From Balanoglossus misakiensis (taxonomy: Eukaryota; Animalia; Hemichordata): a stretch of DNA of 64,000 bases. This document shows, in pieces, positions 1 through 11,660 of this stretch. A program made the position numbers and the translations under genes. Where the stretch lies: NCBI GenBank assembly GCA_040954595.2, contig CM082592.2:8729677-8793676 (forward strand), read 5' to 3'. Each line of letters begins with the position of its first letter. Positions within the stretch are counted from its first letter, which is position 1. The notes beneath the pieces are model-generated. The model did not search any database and had not been told where the DNA came from. It saw only the letters and a program-made list of their open reading frames with translations.

Positions 1-378
1 ATAAATAAAAAATGTCAATAGATGGCCAACAATATCTCATCACTTCAAATTTCAGGAACTTCTTGGCTCCCGCTTGTTTTCTTCTTCTCTGAAGAAATGC
101 AGGTCACTTGGTGATTGGTGGATTGACTCGGTTTCAAATGCCTCGACCACTCAGCGTTCACTTTTGCCTTGTTAGACAAGTCAGAGATACAGAGTTTCGC
201 AAGCAGTCAGCGTTCACCATTGAGGAGATGGATATATCATCTGTTACATTAAAGATGATGGCTCCTTGTTCAAGTCAACCGATCTCTCAGTGATAGAACA
301 GCTGGCGTGATTGGTCAGAAAACGGCCACAGCCAAGCCTTGAATGTTTTTCAGCCAGTCAAGACCAACTTTCCCAGAG

Positions 379-2747
379 CTACACGCCTGCTAACACTATA
401 TTCTTTTTGTAGCACTCAAAACTGCACAACGGCGTACCAGTCTTTGAACAGCAGTACTTTTTCGTGTTGTTACATCCAGTCACTCCGCACACCTGTCTTC
501 TTTTTGATGGTCTGCAGAAAGAGAGAGATGAATCCAATAAAAATACGACGGATGAAAATCTTTGTAAGTCGAGTACCCTGACAGTTAGACACAAAGTGGG
601 ATATGCATAGTGTAAGTGTAGGATGGGGCAGTTTCAGATAGCAGAAGTCACAGCCCCCACCCCATTCTAACCACTATGAAGAAAGCAAGACTCACTCGAC
701 TAATATCTTCCTTTGCAACGGAAACTCCATCCCCGGTGGCAAGGAAATCGAAGTACCCTTGAGACTGTTAATGTATGTCACTTTCGGTGTCTCCACTGTC
801 TTTGCGGACTTCTGTTTCGAACAGAAAGAATGAATGGAGCACTTTAAATGACTAAGAACTGTTATGTAAAAGGTTATTAACGGACAGCTTTTGTGAAGAT
901 TTTTGTGTATGCGGCAATCAGTCAATGTGGGTGGACACTATGCAATGTAACGTTTTTCATTAAATGTGCATTACAGAGTAGAATGATGCAGGTGCATATT
1001 TTCTTTAAAGAAATGGACACTGATAAATTACCTTGCCTCCCTTGGCTTTTGTTTCTTGTTTTTTCAGCAATCGTTCAATTGTGTTCTTCTGCAAAGCAAA
1101 AGTTTAAATTTCAAAGGTTAAAAGTATCAGTACCACGTTAATATCTCATCAGACTATTGGGGCTCAGGGATTATTATGTTCACCTTATTTTCTTCTATTT
1201 TTTTCTGTGCCTGCTGCCGCCTTTTCTTGGCTTTCTGGGCTTTCCTCTGGAGCATTTCTTCGGTCATCTCTTGCTGCTTGTAACCTGACGGCAGCTCTAG
1301 AAGCGCTTGTTCTTGGTTTGGTCCATGCAGCATTGCTCTCTGAGCACAAAAAGGGAGTGAGGCGGAATTTGTTACAAAAAACATGCCACTTGAAATGAGG
1401 TGGAGATTCGACTGAGTGTTTGTGTGTGTGTGCTGACTTCCTTGCTGCATGACTTGATCTGCCATAACGCAAGTTTATCATCTACTGTGGCTTTAATAAT
1501 CTACAGCAAGTAACATACAGATAAATCTTGCTTCTAATAGTGATGATCATGAAGTGTGCATATTCTCCTCACCTGCCTCGCAGTCAGTAAAGACGGATCT
1601 TTTTTCTTCCAATTACTGTCTTCGTCCAGCTTACCCGATTCCAAGGCATTCAACCAGGCTTCTTCATCTGTATCATCGCCGCCCCCGGCCTTCTTTTCCT
1701 TTTTCTCTTTTTTGGCCGCTTCAGGTTCTGGTTGGGGTTCTGGCTCTTCTGCTTCCACTTCCACAGGGGGACTTTCGTCTACAGATGATAAAAGTGCCAC
1801 TCTTTGATTTATCAGGATATAAAGAAGAAAGAAAGAAAAATAGCTCCACTTGTTTGCATTGACAGGCTAGCACCCAGCTGACGATATTCCGTAATCATTA
1901 ATTTGATCTACAAGAATGGCTCAAAGCCAGATAAACTTAACAGCAAAGGTTTGAGGTGTTTTCAGCAATAAGCATTGAAATAGCAATCAAATGCTCTACC
2001 TTGCCAAGGCTCAAATGGCTCATCTTCTTCACTGGATGGATCAGGTATGGTAACTCTATCAACACTGGAAAGTAATGAAACAACTGAATGAATGAATGAA
2101 TATCGGTGGAAATTTATCTCGGCCCTTTCTCAGTCTATGCCCACTCCACAGTCTTGTCAGGATCATTTTATCTTAATCAAACTTGAACAAATCTCACTTT
2201 TTTGTCCCAAATGTTTTCCCACCAATCTTGATTTTCAGCTTGAGCTGTGGCTTGGCAGTGCTGTCACTGGCTCCAGTATCTGATGTCTGACTACTAAAGA
2301 CAACTTGGTGGTGTTGTTGTTCCCTCTTCCTTTTCTTCTTGTGTTTATGTTTGTCCTTCTTGTGCTTTTTATGTGAAGAGGCTGAACACCCATCAAAACA
2401 AACAAACAAACAAAAACAAACCAGTGAGACTGTTGCAATTGATGTAAACATATTATAGTAGGCCTTGATCAGTACATGTACATAAATGGCTGATTACACA
2501 ATATGCATAACTCGAAGTACACGTACATGTGTAAACTACATTGTACTGCACTGTACATGTACCGGTACGTACGATACGTGTACGTGTGTACAGCACGCGC
2601 ATCTCCATTGAGTTAGTTGTACGGTGGTGCATGTCGTTGAATACTCGGCCATGTATCGTTCAGTCATCATGTTACGTTTATAAAACAGACTCGATCAGCT
2701 CTCCTACCCTTTCTAGGTTCTTCGCTTCCATCTCGGTTTTTCGCCAT
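379..2747 (-). CDS. INO80B: INO80 complex subunit B (Ies2/PAPA-1/ZNHIT4 family), 8 coding exons, 318 aa
   Basis: Exons 2747-2708, 2381-2198, 2064-2000, 1778-1573, 1339-1184, 1088-1032, 811-696, 511-379. All introns are GT-AG and phase-compatible; total 957 nt. Motifs: HKKHKKDKHKHKKK, KPQLKLKIKIGGK, DEEAWLNALESGKL, DPSLLTARQRAMLH, PAPA-1-like KAKKRRQQAQKKIEENKKNTIERLLK, and C-terminal zf-HIT CGVTGC..KKYCCSKTGTPLCSFECYK. Confidence 0.93.
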
Positions 2748-3101
2748 CTCTCCAAACTTGTCGTGTCTCTGTTCTTTCCTGAGCACAGACGTAAACGAGA
2801 CTCGAGATTTTTTTACTTCCGGGTTGTGGGTATTTGTTGGTAATTTCCTTTCTCCCAAATTAGTTTGTTTACAGAATCTCGCCTACTACAAAAAGAACCC
2901 GTATTTATTGTGATGTCTATAGTATTAAACATCGATCTTTTTATATTTTTTTTTACAAATTAAAACAAGCCAAAGCAAATTCTACTCCCTACAAACCAAA
3001 TTTCACTTTCTCGCACTGAATTCTGGATAATAAACTTTTCAAATATGGCTGACGTCAATGATTGAGAATAGGTAGTTTCGATGTTTTCATGAGAAAACGT
3101 C
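2748..3101. promoter_or_regulatory. Short bidirectional promoter between INO80B and Rabaptin
   Basis: Divergent ATGs at 2747(-) and 3102(+) are 354 bp apart. ETS-type ACTTCCGG at 2815-2822 and perfect CRE TGACGTCA at 3050-3057. Confidence 0.7.
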
Positions 3102-6100
3102 ATGGATAACCAGCAATTTGTCACCAATTTTGGTGAAAATATGAATCAGCAAGGTAGGTGCAAGCTGGATATATTATGATCTTGAAAACACTTGCCAAAT
3201 CGGTGATGTGAAATTAATAGTCTTATAATTTTAAGTGCTGATCACCGAGAATATTCACGTTATGTACGTGTTATACAATACATTAATATGGTGTGATGTG
3301 ATCCACCCAAAACAGATGATGAAGTGTCACTTCGTGCAAAAATTGCCGAGTTGATGCAAAGAGAAAAGCAGCTACTAAGAGAAAAACAGCAATCGGAACA
3401 AGATTTCGGTCAGAAAAGGGCCAAGTTTAAGGAGATCTTCCTGGCTAGAGAAGGTAGGAAAATGTGCACTGGCATTTATTAATTAAATTTATGAAGATCG
3501 TGACGTTCACAAGGGACAATAGCAAATTGGGATTAAGGGTAATATCTACTGCACGTACACATTAACCGTTCAAACTTGTGTCAATGTTATCCCCATTGAA
3601 AGAACTAATATCAATCCCAGTAGAGAATGTCCTCTGTAAATATAGTGAGCCCTTCCTTGCCTGAGCATGGGCGCAAACCATTAGCAATTCCTAACGTAAA
3701 CATAACAGTGATAATGGATAAAAACAAACCTGACATGACACTGTCCTTTCAGAGGAGCTGAAGAGGGATGTGGAACAGTTGAAGATACAACTAAGGATGT
3801 GCCAAAATGAACTTGAAGATGTCCAAACAGCTGCTGCAGTGTCCGTCAGTTCCAAACAGGACGAGTTGGATAAACACAAGCAGCGTTATGATGAAGAGTT
3901 GGCGTCACTCCAACTGATGATGAAAGGTAACAAACTCAACAATAATGGCATGAGCATTGATTTTGTAGAGGCACGATTACATATTTATATTCACCAGAGG
4001 AAGGGTGCATCTCTGCATAATTTAACTTATCACTGAATGTTTGTAATAATGGTGTTTGTTATATAGCAATGTTCTGCTGTGTTACTTCATTCGGTTCATT
4101 TGATTACAAGTTAAAGGTGGTATAAATATGGATTACTTATTTCCATTTGCAGAGACAGAGGAAGTGACGCGGGAACAAACTGCCGCCCCTTATCAGCAAG
4201 AGCGGCTGAAACTGATTGCAATGAATGATGAACTAACCGCAGAGGTGCAAGAGTTACAAAACAAAATAGCTGAACTGGCTAGTAATGCAGCATCTCAACA
4301 AGAAAGGTAACTTTTTTTTTCTGAACTGAAGATTTGCTGTGTTTGTGACAAAAATCCGCCAGCGCCAAAACCAGTGCACTCCAGTGAAGTGTGTGTACTA
4401 CCAGTCAGGTTTGTTGACCCCTTGCAAGGGTTATCATAAATTCAATGTTTGTTTTCTTTTTTCGTTCCTGTACAGGGAAAGCGTTCTGTCCAGTGTGACT
4501 AAGAGCTTTAGAAGTCGTGTGTCACATGGTCTGAGTGCCGCTGATAAGGAAGCAGAAAGTCTCGAAGCCAGCATGAAACAGGTAATGTTTCCACTTTTTC
4601 AGCTTACTGGTTTTATTGTTAGTTAAATTATATCTTTCAGAGAGATATTGTCACTGAAATGTAACAGTACCGGTACACAAGACAACTCACTGATACCAGA
4701 AGAGTAGTCCTTGCTTAGAGGTATAACCTGATCTGAAATGAGTAGTAATTTGCATGCAAATCACAACCAACATTATCTTTGCCTCCAGGCACAGAAAGAA
4801 GCTGAGATACTACGTGATGTTGTCATGCCAATGGAGCAAGAGATTGCATCTTTGAAGGCAAAGCTGAAGGAGTCAAAGGCGACCATCAGAGCAATGAAAG
4901 CAAAGGTAAGTTTACTTATTTCTGAAAATGTTCCTTAAATAATTGCCGTTCGGATTTTGAAACCATATATTGTTTCACCATACTATACTGTAATGCACCA
5001 CACGGCAGAGAACACCTATGACATGCATGTTCTCAAACTGAAGTGTGTTAAAATCTGAAGCCTCACTATCCCTCCTTGCAGAGCCACAGTGAGCCTCCCA
5101 CTGAAGATTTGCTGCGTCTTGAGAATTCCGACTCCAGTGCGGTCAGCAGTCCGGAGAAATCCACATCCAGTATTAAAGACAGGGAAGATGTTGATGACAG
5201 GGTAAGCCTTTCCATGAAAGTACACAGCCATGACAACTGTGTAGAGTCAGATGAAACAATCAGAATTTTCTCTAAAAAAATCAAAGCCATGTCTAGTTCT
5301 TCCACAGATTTGCATGGAAAGTAAAAAAAAACCTCCATTCTTCTCGTGGAACTTCCACCAACGACTGCACACTTTTACCATGCAATTTAATATCATACAT
5401 GGTGTACAAAAAGCACATGTACACACCCTCCTTTGTGAGCATTATGATATCACATAAACCCTGGTTTGATATGAAAAATGGAAATACTATTTTAACAACC
5501 GGGAAACATTTGTTCCTTGCAGGTGAGAGAACTAAACCATTACTTGGAAGCTGAGAAAGCCTCCAGGACAGACCTGGAAATGTATGTGGCGGTTCTGAAC
5601 ACACAGAAAAATGTGCTCCAAGAAGAGGCAGACCAACTGAGGTCAGAATTACACGAAGGTAAGTCGAAGCACTGGCCTTGGTCCTGTGTAAATAGCATCC
5701 AGATTGAGAGTATTTTCACATGTTATCTGTTCCATATATGTCACCTTTGCTGATGCAACAATTTTTTTTAAACAGTGTGCAGGCTGCTGGAACAAGAGAA
5801 GAGAGAACACAGGGATCTGAAGCAGACCTGGCAGATGGCCAACGACCAGTTTCTGGAGTCGCAGCGTCTCCAGATCATGGACATGAAACGGATGCAGAGC
5901 GTGCTCACCGAGGAACAGCAGCGGCAGATCCTGGAGCTTCAGAAGAAAGACCGGGAAAGAGAGGTCCAGGAGAAGAGGGTGAAGATGCTGGAGCAGATGC
6001 GCGAGAAACATTCCCAGGAGCAGGAAGAGAGGAGGGCTGCCGAGGTCAGTACTGTTCAACCCCTCACAGCAGTGGTTTGGTTCATTCCCACAGTTAAACT

Positions 6101-9100
6101 GGACTGCTGCATGAGGAATTGGGGATGAAAGGGCGAATTGAGATATAACCCCCGGCACTGTAGGACTCTTCTCTTCACAGTTTATGCTGCATCCTTTTGT
6201 CAGAAAGATAGTTACTACAGATATTTGAATTTTTTTCTTTCAGAGGAGGAAAGAAGAGGAAGACAGACAGTCTCCCAGTCCAGCAGGCTCCCCAAGACTG
6301 CAAGAAAAATCACCACTACACAGCGTGAAACAAAATCAGGGGATGCACACAGCAAGCTCTGAACCATCGTTGCAGATTTTCGGCGAAATCGACGATCTGG
6401 ATGAGGTACGTATAGTGGGTAGAATCTTCCATACTCTACAAGTGATTAACACTGTACACCCTCGTAATCAGCGAGGAGCTATTAGAATTGGAAGCTGATG
6501 TGTATTCACTGTTGTGTGATTTTAAAAAGTCAATCCAGTTTCAGAATCTGTTTGCCAAAAATTTCAACTGCTAAGGAATAATGAAGCAAAACTTACCAAA
6601 GATTGACCTTGGTGTCCTGCTGTTTCAGTGACTTGTATTGATTTGTGTCCACTCACTGTATTCAGATCGCCAGGAGAGGATCGTGTCCAGGCACTCCGCT
6701 GCAGTCAAGTCAATCCCCAGTTTTATCCAAAAAATCCTTAGTATCACCAGACATCGCCAGGAAGTTGGACGACAACGTAGAGCTAGACCGGCTCTCCGTC
6801 ACTTCCAGGGTCAGTCTGACAGAAGCCCAGGAAAAAGCTATTACAGGTAATTAACTGAAGCTCGTATTTTCTGTCTTAAGTATTTGAGTATATACCCATT
6901 TGAGAGAGCTACATACAAATGACACTGACTGGATTTGACCATCCAGTTTTGTTGGATCATTTTGCATGAAGTTCATTGACATTGCCAAACCACATTGCTC
7001 TTCCTTCCACTGTCAGGCATGACCCCGGAGATGGAGGAGACGGCCTCGGTGGTGGCCAGCGCCCGAGCTCGGAGTGAGACCTCGGTGTCCACGGTGGGCA
7101 AGAGGCTGGTCAGTGAGAAGGAGTGGGAGTGGCTGCAGCAAGAGGTAAGGTGGTTAACTTTATTTTGCTCAGAAGTAGTCATCAGTCAGTCAGTCAGTCA
7201 GTCAATCAATCAATCAATTAATCAATTATCTAACGTCATACACCTTCAGGTGAAAAGTGCCCGAGAGAAGCTGGGAAGACCCTGCGACATGTGCACCAAT
7301 TACGAGCAGCAGTTGCAGAGCGTGCAGAGCAACGCGCAGGAACTACGAGACTTGGCCTCTGATCTGCGAAAGGTAAGTAAAGGAAATCAAGTATGGGAAT
7401 TGTTTTATTTTTATGTTTTCTTCAGTCAAGCATCATGGGCCAGCAAAGTGTGACAGGGAGTGTACATTGGGAAGATGTTTATCGGATGAATTCTCCTAAT
7501 CTTTCTCTTGTAGCAATATCATCATGCTAATGACTCGCTATCCAAAGAGAGGAGGCAACGAGTGGAATTGGAGGAGAGCTTAAAGAATGCTGCAATGGAT
7601 GCTCAACAGCAGGTGGGTTTACGAAAACCACTGAATTAATCTGATCTGCAAATTATTGTATGGCCATTAATTTGGTTATGACTTCAGATGGGAATTTTGT
7701 ACATAAATAATACCTGCAATTTTAGTATTCTGTTTATGTTTTTGTTGTTGCTAACTTCTGATATGATTTGTTGTCTTCCAGATCACTAATTTACAGACAA
7801 AGAATCAAGAGCACGAGTCATTCCTGACCGATCTCAGACAACAGCATCTGAGGGCTTACAATGAAATGCATGATAATCTGGTATGTGTGATAACATTCAT
7901 CGTGAAATGTGAAACATGAGTTAAAATTTTGCAGAAGTTACTGGGCTGCGTGTGATCAGCCAATATTCTATAATATTGTAATTTCACTGTTGGACTGCTT
8001 TTCTTTGTTTGAACAGAAACAATTAATGCACTCAAGAGAAGAAGCCCACCAAGAGGTAATTTCCGTCTACATGTACTTGTTTTGCACTGTGAAAGTATGA
8101 CTTTATCTGTGAAAGATGTAAAAAGGAACAGTGATGCAGTGGACTGTTGGCTTGCCTGTACAAATCACCAAATCATTTCCCCACAACAATTGCCAGATTG
8201 GAATTTTAAATATTTACTTATCTCACTAAAGATTTATGTTCCCCAAATTTTTTTGTCGAGAAGACATGTTGACATCAGGAAATAATATCACACACAGTGA
8301 TTCACCTGCAGTGATTTTCAGTAAAGGCCCCACTTCTGTCATCAAATAATCGTACATACTGTGACATTATCCATTTTCAGGTAATAAAGCTTCATAAACA
8401 GATCGAAAACCTCCACGGCAAGAGGAGCCTGCACGCCTCCATCATGAACAGCGAGCACTTCCAAATGCCGCACGCGCCGGAGGAAATGCAGCAACTGATC
8501 AAAAAGTACAGGAGGGACATCATCACCGTGAAAACGTCAGCGGAGCACACGGAGGAAACGCTGCGAAGCGAGATCATGTTCTTGAAAGAGAGGGTGATGG
8601 CCGAGCAGCACGCCAAGGAAACCACGGAGGACGCGTTGCAAGGCGAGCTCGACTCGGCCAGAGAAGAAATAGGTAAGGCAGATATGTGAGATACAACCAT
8701 AATCAATCAACTTGCAACAGCTCTGTAGCAGAGCACAATCAAGAGTGTTACAGTGCTATGTTGTATATTAAATTCAAATTTTCAGTTTGTGACAAGTTTG
8801 TGTTAATTAATGCAAGGGATCTGCATCACCAGAGTTTGAAATGTCTGTGGTCGAGTTGATATTTGAGTGATTGTCCCAGGAAAAAAATACAGGTACGTTT
8901 TTTTCTCACTATCAAAACCCACATGAAATAATGTTACAGCAATCAGCACTTCTTTTGTGCCACAGGAAAACTGCACAGCGAGAGTGACATATTGGCAGAT
9001 GTACAGGAACAGAAAACAGAATTGGAAGAGAAGAATAGTGAACTACAGCAGATGATAAAAACAACTCAACTTCAAGCCAAAGAAGTTATCACAGCATTAG

Positions 9101-10202
9101 AAAAACAACTGGATGAATTAAAAAGCATTCGTGTGAGTATCTGATGCATGTCTCTTTAAATTGGAACATTTGGTTTTGTCATCGTTTGTTCCAGATTGGC
9201 TCGGTTAGCTGAGGCGGGTCATTTCAGGCAGTCACAAGCCTTTCAGTTTCTTTGTTGCTATTGTATAAACCGTGATTTGATTTGCCACCAGTATTGTTGT
9301 CATCACATGATCTCAAAGTCCAAGGATTCACCTAATCCTATGTTGATTTCATTTCCAGGCAAAACAAGAATGTGACATGATTGAATCTGCGAATAAAATC
9401 CAGTCTTTACAAATAGAATTAGATAACAGCGAGGCAGTACAGAGGGACTTTGTCAGGCTGTCTCAATCATTGCAGGTAGGTACTGTTCATAAGGGAATGT
9501 GTATTCATTTCACCCCCCATTTCCCTCTATAGAGGTCCAACTTTACCATAGAAAACAATGGATTTGGACCAAACCATGGTGGTGAAAGGGTTGCTGAAGG
9601 CTTGTTTTATTCCCCCACTTGATGATTTTCTGATTGTGTTACAATTCACCAGGTTGAACTGGAGAAGATACGCATGACAAACAGCGAAGTGAGATGGCAG
9701 CACGAGGACGACGTCACGGAATGTCAGAACTGCAAGTCGCCGTTCACCGGAGCAAAGAAGAAAAAGGTGACACAAAGCAGTTCTATACATCATTGCTTTT
9801 TCTCAGCAACATAGGTAGCTTTAAACTGAAGACTTCTGAGCAGTTTCCCATGACGTGTCCATGAACTTGGAAACCTGAACGTTCATGTGTGCAAATCCCA
9901 TTCTATTTCAAAGAAAGGAAATTTTGCTAGTCTACTTCTTTGAATGCAGAGATTGGGCCTGTTTCACTGTTGATAACCTTCCCACAATAATTCATAAAAC
10001 TTGACCCCCACTTTCTTTTTTTACATCTTATCACAAGAACCGTTGCAAACACTGTGGAAAATTGTACTGCTTGGACTGCCTGACCAAGATTGTGGAAAGC
10101 GGACCGAGACGTCGGAAACTGCCCGTCTGCGATGTTTGCCACACACTGCTAGTGAACGATTCCGCGCCCTACTTCAGTAACGAGCCCCCTCCGACGACCT
10201 GA
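3102..10202 (+). CDS. RABEP1: Rab GTPase-binding effector protein (Rabaptin-5) with C-terminal FYVE-type zinc finger, 21 coding exons, 983 aa
   Basis: Exons 3102-3153, 3316-3453, 3753-3926, 4153-4306, 4476-4581, 4789-4905, 5082-5201, 5523-5658, 5776-6044, 6244-6405, 6666-6846, 7017-7144, 7250-7372, 7514-7612, 7782-7880, 8017-8055, 8381-8672, 8966-9132, 9359-9475, 9653-9766, 10038-10202. All GT-AG and in frame; total 2952 nt. Rabaptin hallmarks: QKRAKFKEIFL, LRDVVMPMEQEIA, ELNHYLEAEKASRTDLEMYVAVLNTQK, TWQMANDQFLESQRL, RLVSEKEW, CDMCTNYEQQLQ, Rab5-binding ELDNSEAVQRDFVRLSQSLQ. Confidence 0.95.
7181..7226. repeat. (CAGT)n/(CAAT)n intronic microsatellite
   Basis: cagtcagtcagtcagtcagtcaatcaatcaatcaat in Rabaptin intron 12. 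Confidence 0.85.
9653..10202 (+). other. FYVE-type zinc finger encoded by the last two Rabaptin exons
   Basis: Spliced translation WQHEDDVTECQNCKSPFTGAKKKK|NRCKHCGKLYCLDC...LPVCDVCH contains four CxxC pairs in FYVE spacing. Confidence 0.85.
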
Positions 10203-11529
10203 GCGAACGGAACGCACACAAAAAACAACTCACAGACGTTTACTCTCCGAGGAAAGCTCAAATCACAGCCATGATGACTATTTGTTATTATCAGATTAAT
10301 TTATATCAGTGTACTGGATGCGCGGGGATTATCCGGAAAGCAACTCTGTTTGGAATGCGGTTATATTTATGACGATACTATGTTTCTTTGTAAAGTGGCT
10401 AATATGTTCTATTCAAACTCTCCGTGTTGATAAGTTTTGTACAGAACAGGGGGGAGGGGGGGGAATATCCTCCCCCCCCCCCCAGCAAATGTGTTCAGAT
10501 CTTATTGTATAATAAGAGAAGTTGTCTGGATGGTGTAATTGTGTTCACTTTCTGCACAGAGCAAAGAGAGAGTTGATGCTGTAAAACTAACTGTAAATCC
10601 CCTATCCAGAGGCCACACTGTGAGTCCCACCATTCAATGACACGGCCTGACCTTACGACAGTAGGAGACAGTGTGAAACAATGTGGTATATAGCAGCAGT
10701 ATTCTTGACAGAAAAAATTATGCTGTAAATAATGTGGATGCAATATTGATTCTGTATTTCATTCTGAGAGCATACTTATAAATTAGTGTAAGTAAACAAA
10801 GCAAATAGTTGGCCTGAATGTTTTATTGTATGCCTGCACCCTGTGATCTTTTTTTCTCAGTGTTAGTCTTCAAAATGGCGGATGAAGCCACTTTAAGCAA
10901 CAATTATTGTTTTTATCAAAATCTATTTACTTGAAATAAAGATGTGCAAAATATTTCAATGTGAGAGCAGTGTGACACAGCTGGGCAACCAGGTGGAAAT
11001 CTGACTCTTACTACAAATTTGTTAAAAATTGTAATACTTGGTACATGTATCGCTGTTTACTTCAATTTTTTTTGAAGTTATGGTGCTGTCACGAAAATGG
11101 TCATGTAAAACATATGCAAATAAGCTAAAATAGATAAAGTGAAATCCAAGCTACTAAGTAATCTTTCTTATTTATGGTAGACGGGATTTGAGTGGAACTA
11201 CACTAGGGGCATTTGATCCCAAATAACTGCATTTTGAAAGATGTGTTTGTACATTGTACTTACAATTGCATGTGTCGGTAATTTATTTATGTTTTTTGTT
11301 TCTGTGCACTTTGCAATGGCCAAACAATAACAAAATACTGTAACCTGTAAATTCTCGCAATTTTGGTGCTTTAACCCGATTAAAAGCCGATTGTATTCAT
11401 TAATTATACATCAATTTTACTTTTGTGCAGTTGTGAATTAAAGCACTTGACTGTTTTTCAAGATGTACGTAGATCTGTTTGCGCTGTTTTCTCCTATTGT
11501 AAATTGCTTAATTGCATGTTTCACACCAT

Positions 11530-11535
11530 AATAAA
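11530..11535 (+). terminator. Probable polyadenylation signal of Rabaptin
   Basis: AATAAA at 11530-11535 followed by GT-rich gtgttttgtgttcttt near 11578-11593. An alternative AATAAA lies at 10935-10940. Confidence 0.55.
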
Positions 11536-11660
11536 TTATATCACACAATAATTGAAACGTACCTAACTGGACCCTGAGTGTTTTGTGTTCTTTGATAGAT
11601 TTCTCTAAAAGTAAACCATATCACCGTCGAAATTGAGCCAGTGGATGCGTGCTTTTGGGG

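Noticed and set aside
5649-6158. 169-aa minus-strand ORF
   Set aside because: Antisense shadow of GC-rich Rabaptin exon 9.
9197-9225. tRNA/SINE-like 5' segment ggctcggttagctgaggcggg
   Set aside because: Only a weak A-box resemblance; no B box or cloverleaf.
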